From positions 1 to 40,319 of the forward strand of contig JACROH010000008.1 in the NCBI GenBank assembly GCA_016214545.1: 40,319 nucleotides of DNA, written 5' to 3'. The position numbers were made by a program, and so were the translations under genes. Below, one piece after another: positions 34,749-40,319 of the stretch; the stretch's first letter is position 1; each line of letters begins with the position of its first letter. The notes under the pieces were generated by a model, which searched no databases, was not told where the DNA came from, and worked only from the letters and a program-made list of their open reading frames with translations. The DNA comes from Candidatus Lloydbacteria bacterium (lineage in GTDB: Bacteria > Patescibacteriota > Minisyncoccia > Phycocordibacterales > 21-14-all-47-15).

Positions 34749-36119
34749 ATGGACAAAAAGATTATTCCGCCGCCGTTTAAGATTAAAATGGTAGAAGCTA
34801 TCCGGCTGATTCCCCGCAAAGAGCGCGAAGATGCCATACGCAAAGCGGGGTTTAATACGTTTGAACTTAAATCCGAAGATGTTTTTATCGACCTTCTTAC
34901 CGATTCGGGCACGAGCGCCATGTCAGACAATCAGTGGGCGGGGATGATGCTTGGCGATGAGGCGTATGCGGGGAGCAAAAATTTTACGAATCTTAAAAAC
35001 GCTGTCAATGAAGTGTACGAATTCCCGTATGTGATACCGACACACCAAGGACGTGGCGCCGAGCACATCATGTCGCAGGCGCTTATTAAAAAAGGAGATA
35101 TTGTTCCGAACAATCTCTATTTCACGACGCGCCGAGTCCATCAAGAACTTGCCGGCGGGAAGTGGTGCGACGTTTCAGTGAAAGAAGCCACTGAGGCGCA
35201 AAGCACTTTTTTGTTTAAAGGCAATATTGATATAAGAAAATTACACGCGCTTATTCTCAAAGCAAGAAAAGAAGGAGTGACAATCCCGTATATCAGCATG
35301 GAAGCATGCGTCAATATGGCGGGCGGTCAGCCTTTCTCAATGGGAAATCTTTGGGACGTGAGAAATATTTCGCTCAAATATCGCATACCGCTCTATCTGG
35401 ACGCCACACGTTTGGTGGAGAATGCCTATTTTATACAACAGCGCGAAAAGGGATATTGGGGGTGTTCAATAAAAGAAATCGTTAGCCAAATTTGCTCTCT
35501 TTGCGATGGTATTACGGTATCGGCAAAAAAAGATGCGCTAGTGAATATCGGCGGTTTCATCGCGCTTCGCGATGAAAACGTATTTCAAAAAATGCGCGAG
35601 CTTGTGGTCGTCTGGGAGGGACTCCATACCTACGGCGGACTTGCCGGTCGCGACCTTGAAGCGATGGCGCGGGGGATTTATGAAATGGTTGACGACGACT
35701 ATATCGCCCATCGGGTGAAGCAAGTGGAAGCATTGGGCGGGCGGCTGGAGAAATCGGGCATTCCGATCGTGACTCCTATCGGCGGGCATGCGGTATTTTT
35801 GGACGCGAAGCGATTTGTGTCGCATGTTCCCCAAAAAGCATTTCCGGCGCAGGCGCTTGCCGCGGCAATATACGTTGAGTCGGGGGTGCGCACCATGGAG
35901 CGCGGAATTGTTTCTGGCCAGCATGGCAATGAGCCATACGACGGTCTGGAACTCGTGCGTCTTACCATTCCGCGCCGCGTCTACACGCGCGAGCATCTGG
36001 ATTATGTCGCCGACGGTATTATTGCGCTCTATAAAAAGCGCGGGACTATTCGCGGTCTCAAAATGATTTATGCTCCAAAAACGCTCCGATTTTTCCAGGC
36101 GCGATTCGAAGAACTTTAA
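34749..36119 (+). CDS. Beta-eliminating lyase (tryptophanase / tyrosine phenol-lyase family)
   Basis: FIDLLTDSGTSAMSDNQWAGMMLGDEAYAGS, IPTHQGRGAE and the PLP lysine region VSAKKDALVNIGGF. SD aaaggagg. Confidence 0.85.
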   Translation: MDKKIIPPPFKIKMVEAIRLIPRKEREDAIRKAGFNTFELKSEDVFIDLLTDSGTSAMSDNQWAGMMLGDEAYAGSKNFTNLKNAVNEVYEFPYVIPTHQGRGAEHIMSQALIKKGDIVPNNLYFTTRRVHQELAGGKWCDVSVKEATEAQSTFLFKGNIDIRKLHALILKARKEGVTIPYISMEACVNMAGGQPFSMGNLWDVRNISLKYRIPLYLDATRLVENAYFIQQREKGYWGCSIKEIVSQICSLCDGITVSAKKDALVNIGGFIALRDENVFQKMRELVVVWEGLHTYGGLAGRDLEAMARGIYEMVDDDYIAHRVKQVEALGGRLEKSGIPIVTPIGGHAVFLDAKRFVSHVPQKAFPAQALAAAIYVESGVRTMERGIVSGQHGNEPYDGLELVRLTIPRRVYTREHLDYVADGIIALYKKRGTIRGLKMIYAPKTLRFFQARFEEL

Positions 36120-36142
36120 AGACGGTTTCAATGGATTTTGAC

Positions 36143-36176
36143 CCCCCATGTCGCTTGAGCGGCATGGGGTTTTTGT
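36143..36176 (+). terminator. Intrinsic terminator after the lyase gene
   Basis: ccccatg-tcgcttgagcgg-catgggg followed by ttttt. A TTGACA lies just downstream at 36178-36183. Confidence 0.65.
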
Positions 36177-36286
36177 TTGACACAAAAATGTACCCATTAT
36201 ACAGTGTGGGATGATTGGTGATTCTTTGACAATAAACGGTTGTTTAGCTTGAACATGAAAGAACGTGAAAGGGAGAGGGTAATTAT

Positions 36287-37177
36287 ATGAATGAACAAAT
36301 GGAAATACTCATGAGTGCGGGACGAGGGTTGGAGTATCCCAAAGAATACGGAAAAATCAATTTGTGGATGGACAAAAGACATACCATCGACACCGAAGCG
36401 GCAAGCAGACAATGGGACAATGTATACCGATGTGTTAAATTTTGCATTGGCGATGCGAATATCAGGCTTATCCAAAAACAGCAAGCGTTTCCCGACATGA
36501 TTTTTGTACGGAACGCCGGCCTGGTTATTCCCGATCTCGGCGATTATGATTCTGCCCGCGCGGGCGAGCGGAAAAAGAGAATTATTCTTTCTTCATTTAA
36601 AAATAAAGAACGCCAGGGAGAGCGTGAGTTTTATCGGCGATGGTTTGAACAAAACGGATTTGAAATCATCGTGCTCCCGATGGGGGTCACCTTCGAAGGA
36701 GGCGGAGAAGCGGTGTGGTGGAAAGATACGATGTTTTTTGGCCATGGGTTTCGTGCGCCAAATGATACCGCGGTTCATCTCGAATATGCACTTGCAAAAG
36801 CAGAGGTGCCGGCAAAAACCATCTCGCTCAAGCTTGTTGATGAGCGATTCTATCACCTTGATACGGCATTTATGCCCATACGAGGAGACGGCAAAACAAC
36901 AGACGATGTTTTGGTGTATTACCCCGGGGCGTTTGACCGAGATGCGCAAAAAATAATTGAAGGGCTTCCCATAGAGCGGTTGGAAGTGACTGAAAAAGAT
37001 GCATGCGCGTTCGGCTGTAATCTTTTGGCCCTGGGCAACAATATTATTATAGCGAAAGGAACGGAGAATCTTCCCCGTCACCTGAAAGAACGAAAGTTTA
37101 TCGTCTGTGAACTTAACATGGACGAAATCAAAAAAGGCGGCGGTTCCATATACTGCATGACGCTGAATCTATCGTAA
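36287..37177 (+). CDS. Amidinotransferase/DDAH-type guanidino-group-modifying enzyme
   Basis: 296 aa. FPDMIFVRNAG, FYHLDTAF and the C-terminal active-site-like GGGSIYCMTLNL, typical of the arginine deiminase / DDAH / amidinotransferase superfamily. SD gggagaggg. Confidence 0.75.
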   Translation: MNEQMEILMSAGRGLEYPKEYGKINLWMDKRHTIDTEAASRQWDNVYRCVKFCIGDANIRLIQKQQAFPDMIFVRNAGLVIPDLGDYDSARAGERKKRIILSSFKNKERQGEREFYRRWFEQNGFEIIVLPMGVTFEGGGEAVWWKDTMFFGHGFRAPNDTAVHLEYALAKAEVPAKTISLKLVDERFYHLDTAFMPIRGDGKTTDDVLVYYPGAFDRDAQKIIEGLPIERLEVTEKDACAFGCNLLALGNNIIIAKGTENLPRHLKERKFIVCELNMDEIKKGGGSIYCMTLNLS

Positions 37178-37201
37178 TTTTACGAGAGAGAAAGGAAAAA
37201 G

Positions 37202-37444
37202 ATGAATTATTACCCGGAACAAGGGCGAATCCACGCCGTTATTGTGCTAAAAGGACCGGAAGAAAAGCTCGACCCGAAAGAAATTTGCCGTACGCGATGC
37301 GGAAGACAGCTCCCGTTTGAAAATATTGTCAAAGATGACGAGGAGCTCCGTTCTCTGCCGCAGTGCCGCATTTGCTGCGAAGCTTCCAAGAATCAGCTTG
37401 CTCTTGCGCCGGGGTGGAGGAAAATGTATCTCCGCGAAAAATGA
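37202..37444 (+). CDS. Small Cys-containing hypothetical protein (80 aa)
   Basis: SD-like gaaaggaaaaag. Cys pattern CRTRC...CRICC. It lies 24 nt after the amidinotransferase-like gene and is followed by a strong terminator. Confidence 0.5.
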   Translation: MNYYPEQGRIHAVIVLKGPEEKLDPKEICRTRCGRQLPFENIVKDDEELRSLPQCRICCEASKNQLALAPGWRKMYLREK

Positions 37445-37457
37445 ATTTCTTTGACTT

Positions 37458-37509
37458 AACCGCACTTTTGAATTACGCTTGAGCGCCATTCAAAAGTGCG
37501 GTTTTTTTT
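37458..37509 (+). terminator. Intrinsic terminator
   Basis: aaccgcacttttgaat...attcaaaagtgcggtt followed by tttttt. Confidence 0.8.
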
Positions 37510-37524
37510 GATATACTTCTCGCT

Positions 37525-38571
37525 ATGGCGGATATTGCCTTATATCGTAAATATCGTCCGGAAAACTGGAACGATGTGCTGGGGCAGGAGCATATCGTCG
37601 CGGCGCTTGAGCAAGCGCTTGCTTCGGGCAGCATTGCGCATGCCTATCTTTTCGCCGGGCCGCGCGGCACGGGGAAGACGAGCATCGCGCGGATTGTCGC
37701 ACGGGCTATCGGATGCACCGAAAAAGATTGCTATGAAATGGATGCGGCTTCCACGCGCGGCATAGACGACATCCGCGAACTGCGCGAAGCGGTGCGCACG
37801 TTTCCGTTTGAGTCGCCGTATAAGGTTTACATTATTGATGAAGTGCACATGCTCACCAAAGAGGCGTTCAACGCGCTTCTGAAGACGCTGGAAGAGCCGC
37901 CGGCGCATGCGGTGTTTATTCTTGCCACGACCGAGCTTCACAAACTGCCGGAAACAATCGTCTCGCGCTGCCAGACCTATCATTTCAAAAAGCCAACGCA
38001 GACAATCTTGAAAAAAATGATTGCGAAAGTGGCGGAAGAAGAAGGGGTAGAGCTTCCGAGTGCGTCGGCGGATTTGATAGCGCTTTTGGGCGAAGGGTCG
38101 TTTCGCGACGCGCAGGGGGTGCTTCAAAAAGTGCTTGGTTCGGCACAAGGTAAAAAAATTCCGCACGCGCATGTTGAAATGATAACCGGCGCACCGTCGT
38201 CTGCGCTTGTGAATGATTTTGTGAAGGCGGTGGCGGAGAAAGACGCGAGCGTGGGTATTGCCGCGACGCGTAAAGCGGCAAGCGCGGGGATTGACATGAA
38301 GCTCTATCTTTATTTAGTCTTGCAGAAGCTTCGCGCGGCGCTCTTGCTTCGTTTTGCGCCCGGGATGAAAGAGGCGATTGCGGAAGAACTGACCGCCGAA
38401 GATTTCGCGTTTGTGGAGCGTTTGGCGAAAGATAAAGCCGCCGCGCTCAATTCGGCGGTGCTCTCGGAGCTTCTTTCCGCATATCAGTCGCTTGGGAAGT
38501 TTGTCATTCCGGAACTTCCGCTTGAGCTTGCGCTCATGCGTATCGTCGGAGAGAAAGAGGAGAAAAAATAA
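37525..38571 (+). CDS. dnaX: DNA polymerase III gamma/tau subunit (short, 348 aa)
   Basis: YRKYRP..W.DV.GQEHI, HAYLFAGPRGTGKTS, IIDEVHMLT and SRCQ. Confidence 0.9.
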   Translation: MADIALYRKYRPENWNDVLGQEHIVAALEQALASGSIAHAYLFAGPRGTGKTSIARIVARAIGCTEKDCYEMDAASTRGIDDIRELREAVRTFPFESPYKVYIIDEVHMLTKEAFNALLKTLEEPPAHAVFILATTELHKLPETIVSRCQTYHFKKPTQTILKKMIAKVAEEEGVELPSASADLIALLGEGSFRDAQGVLQKVLGSAQGKKIPHAHVEMITGAPSSALVNDFVKAVAEKDASVGIAATRKAASAGIDMKLYLYLVLQKLRAALLLRFAPGMKEAIAEELTAEDFAFVERLAKDKAAALNSAVLSELLSAYQSLGKFVIPELPLELALMRIVGEKEEKK

Positions 38572-38576
38572 TTTAT

Positions 38577-38650
38577 TGCCCGATCGTCTAATGGTAGGAC
38601 AGCGGCCTTTGAAGCCGTTAATTGGGGTTCGAATCCCTGTCGGGCAGCCA
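38577..38650 (+). tRNA. tRNA-Gln(TTG), with CCA encoded
   Basis: tgcccga-tc-gtct-aatggta-ggac-a-gcggc-ctttgaa-gccgt-taat-tgggg-ttcgaat-ccctg-tcgggca-g-cca. It has the U1-A72 pair typical of tRNA-Gln. Confidence 0.9.
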
Positions 38651-40126
38651 AGTTTCAGAATTCGTTTTTTCGCCAAAATGCGGAGCGTCGCAAAGCGACG
38701 CGACGGGGGTTTTCGAGAGAATTCGCCAAGGGTTTTTGAAATCCAAAAGAAGCGAGCGGGACGCGAGGCGGGGGTTCGAGCCAATCTTTTTAAGAAAATC
38801 TCTTTTGGCTTCGAGATTTTCTTCGGAAGCGATAATTAAGGCTTGGTTACTGTCTAAAATGAATTGTTTAGAAAGTTCGAGCCAGCGATTGCCTTTTCGT
38901 TCAAAATCCTTCAATTTCTCTGAAAAATCAATTTTTTGGTTGAGGAGCTTTTGCTTCTTCGCGATATACTCCTCGCTCGTAATCGTGCTGTCCAAATGAG
39001 CGTCAAGAAGCCTGTCGAGCGTCTCCTCAACACTTTTGATTTGATTTTTCAGGTTTTGAACGAAAAGCTCGTCAGAGTGGAAACTGCTCGCTTGTTCTTT
39101 TTCGAGTTCCGCGAGCATGAATTCTTTCCACTCTGTCGGCAAAGAAACTTTTTTGATAGTGTCATTTACTCTTTCGGCGAGGAATTCTTCGCGGATATAT
39201 TTTTGTGAGCAAACACCTTTCTTTTTAGTACAACGATAGTAGGTATGACCTTTCTGTATTTCACTGGTAATACCACAACCGCATTCTTCACACAAAAATA
39301 TTCCGCGAAAAGTGTGTTTGATAATTCCTCGCTTCATCGGGTGAGCATTCCTCGCCGAAACTTCCGCGCACTTATCAAAAAGTTTCTTTGAAATCGCTGG
39401 CTCGTGCTTTCCTTGGTAAAGTTCTTTGTTAAATAAAAACATTCCGTAATAGAAAGGATTTTTCAATATCATTTGCGTGTTTGAAACAGTGAGAACTTTA
39501 CCATTTTTAGACAGCAAGCCTTTTTGGGCGAGCAAATTCCTTGTATCTTTCAGAGAATAATTTCCAGTGGCGTAGACTTCGAACATTTTTCTGACGAGGC
39601 GAAACCTTTCCACATCGGGAATAATTTTCTTGTTTAACTTGTCATTCAAATATCCCGTCGGAGCTTGACCACTTTGTTCGCCTCGTCTAACTTTTTGTCG
39701 AAGTCCGCGCTTCACATTCTCTGAAAGATTATCCACATAGTATTTGCTCTGCCCAAAAGCAATATTTAACATAAACTTACCTTGTGGCGTAGCGTCGAAC
39801 CAAAACGTCGGGAATTTTAGCTCTTTAATTTTGCCAAGGTCGCACAGATAGATTATCTTTCCACCATCAATACTGTTTCTCGCCAATCTATCGGGATGCC
39901 AAGCTAAAATCCCCGACGCTTTGCCTTTTTCTATGAGCGAGAGCATATTGTTGAAAATAGGTCTGCCCGGCTCTTTAGCGGTCTGTGATTCCACAAAAGT
40001 TTCAACAATTTCTAACTGCTCTCGCTCGGCAAATTCTTTCAACTCGTCAATTTGCGATTCAATACTCAAAATCTGACGATCTGGCTCGTCGGTAGATTTT
40101 CTAGCGTAAAGAAAGAATTTGTTCAT
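38618..40126 (-). CDS. Large serine recombinase (resolvase catalytic domain + recombinase domain + zinc ribbon + coiled coil)
   Basis: N-terminal FLYARKSTDEPDRQILSIESQ with the catalytic Ser, WHPDRLARN, zinc ribbon CEECGCG...YYRC, and a C-terminal coiled coil. The last 33 nt of the ORF are antisense to tRNA-Gln (peptide ...WLPDRDSNPN). Confidence 0.9.
   Translation of the reverse strand: MNKFFLYARKSTDEPDRQILSIESQIDELKEFAEREQLEIVETFVESQTAKEPGRPIFNNMLSLIEKGKASGILAWHPDRLARNSIDGGKIIYLCDLGKIKELKFPTFWFDATPQGKFMLNIAFGQSKYYVDNLSENVKRGLRQKVRRGEQSGQAPTGYLNDKLNKKIIPDVERFRLVRKMFEVYATGNYSLKDTRNLLAQKGLLSKNGKVLTVSNTQMILKNPFYYGMFLFNKELYQGKHEPAISKKLFDKCAEVSARNAHPMKRGIIKHTFRGIFLCEECGCGITSEIQKGHTYYRCTKKKGVCSQKYIREEFLAERVNDTIKKVSLPTEWKEFMLAELEKEQASSFHSDELFVQNLKNQIKSVEETLDRLLDAHLDSTITSEEYIAKKQKLLNQKIDFSEKLKDFERKGNRWLELSKQFILDSNQALIIASEENLEAKRDFLKKIGSNPRLASRSLLLDFKNPWRILSKTPVASLCDAPHFGEKTNSETWLPDRDSNPN
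38669..38785. repeat. Left arm of the inverted repeat (core 38669-38776, plus a 9-nt extension); lies inside the LSR 3' coding end
   Basis: The reverse complement of 40212-40319 matches 38669-38776 at 103/108 positions. cgagccaat (38777-38785) matches attggctcg (40170-40178). Confidence 0.9.
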
Positions 40127-40169
40127 AGAAAAAGGTTTATGTTAAATATTGATAATTATTCGCTTCCTG

Positions 40170-40319
40170 ATTGGCTCGCAAAACGAAGTTTTGAATGATG
40201 TACTCATCATAAACCCCCGCCTCGCGTCCCGCTCGCTTCTTTTGGATTTCAAAAACCCTTGGCGGATTCTGGCGGAAACCCCCATCGCGTCGCTTTGCGA
40301 CGCTCCGCATTTTGGCGAA
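40170..40319 (+). pseudogene. Right arm of the inverted repeat: an inverted copy of the LSR 3' coding end with a 33-nt in-frame insertion; runs off the window
   Basis: The plus-frame translation ...FLIGSQNEVLNDVLIINPRLASRSLLLDFKNPWRILAETPIASLCDAPHFGE parallels the LSR tail ...FLKKIGSNPRLASRSLLLDFKNPWRILSKTPVASLCDAPHFGEK. No recombinase body lies upstream. Confidence 0.6.

Noticed and set aside
15474-38172. Long ORFs antisense to well-supported genes: 15474..16061, 16440..16973, 17982..18677, 19751..20530, 26780..27505, 34283..34930, 35538..36197 and 37540..38172.
   Set aside because: Each lies opposite a gene with clear family motifs. Their translations are Arg/Ser/Phe-rich with no motifs. 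They are typical shadow ORFs.

Overview
The window looks like a small-genome, Patescibacteria/CPR-like bacterium using the standard genetic code. That lineage call is an inference from a 510-aa IF-2 lacking the N-terminal region, an intron-bearing 23S rRNA, very tight gene packing, and membrane-anchored Cys-motif proteins.

Content, left to right:
- The 3' end of an rRNA operon: 23S domains V-VI split by a 353-nt ORF-less group I intron, an aberrant tRNA-like gene, then 5S.
- A cell-envelope cluster: SEDS protein, GT4 glycosyltransferase, priming sugar transferase and an epimerase.
- A minus-strand tRNA cluster (Leu-TAG, Lys-CTT, Leu-TAA, Cys-GCA), followed by rbfA-infB.
- Cysteine desulfurase, PepF, a stress group (SOD-like, HtrA-like, ClpB), tRNA-Trp with an rpmG that is too short for the ORF track, proline dehydrogenase, tRNA-Tyr, miaA and a peroxiredoxin.
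- A more AT-rich islet with two orphan genes next to tRNA-Leu(CAA).
- parB, rel, topA, dprA, serS, an ftsQ-like gene, dus, a tryptophanase-like lyase, an amidinotransferase-family enzyme, dnaX and tRNA-Gln.
- A large serine recombinase (LSR) at the right edge.

No CRISPR array, reverse transcriptase, toxin-antitoxin pair or recognisable defence operon was seen.

The most unusual signal is the LSR. Its ORF reads antisense into tRNA-Gln. The gene is bracketed by 108-bp inverted repeats (103/108 identical) that are copies of its own 3' coding end. A decayed collinear copy of the same module abuts tRNA-Leu(CAA), surrounded by duplicated tRNA 3'-end fragments.

Secondary signals:
- A 118-nt hairpin-rich insert flanked by 25-nt tRNA 3'-end direct repeats between 23S and 5S.
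- A conserved 3'-UTR hairpin and box upstream of terminators.
- A 194-bp inverted-repeat element upstream of serS.

All coordinates were derived by eye. No database searches or folding calculations were run.
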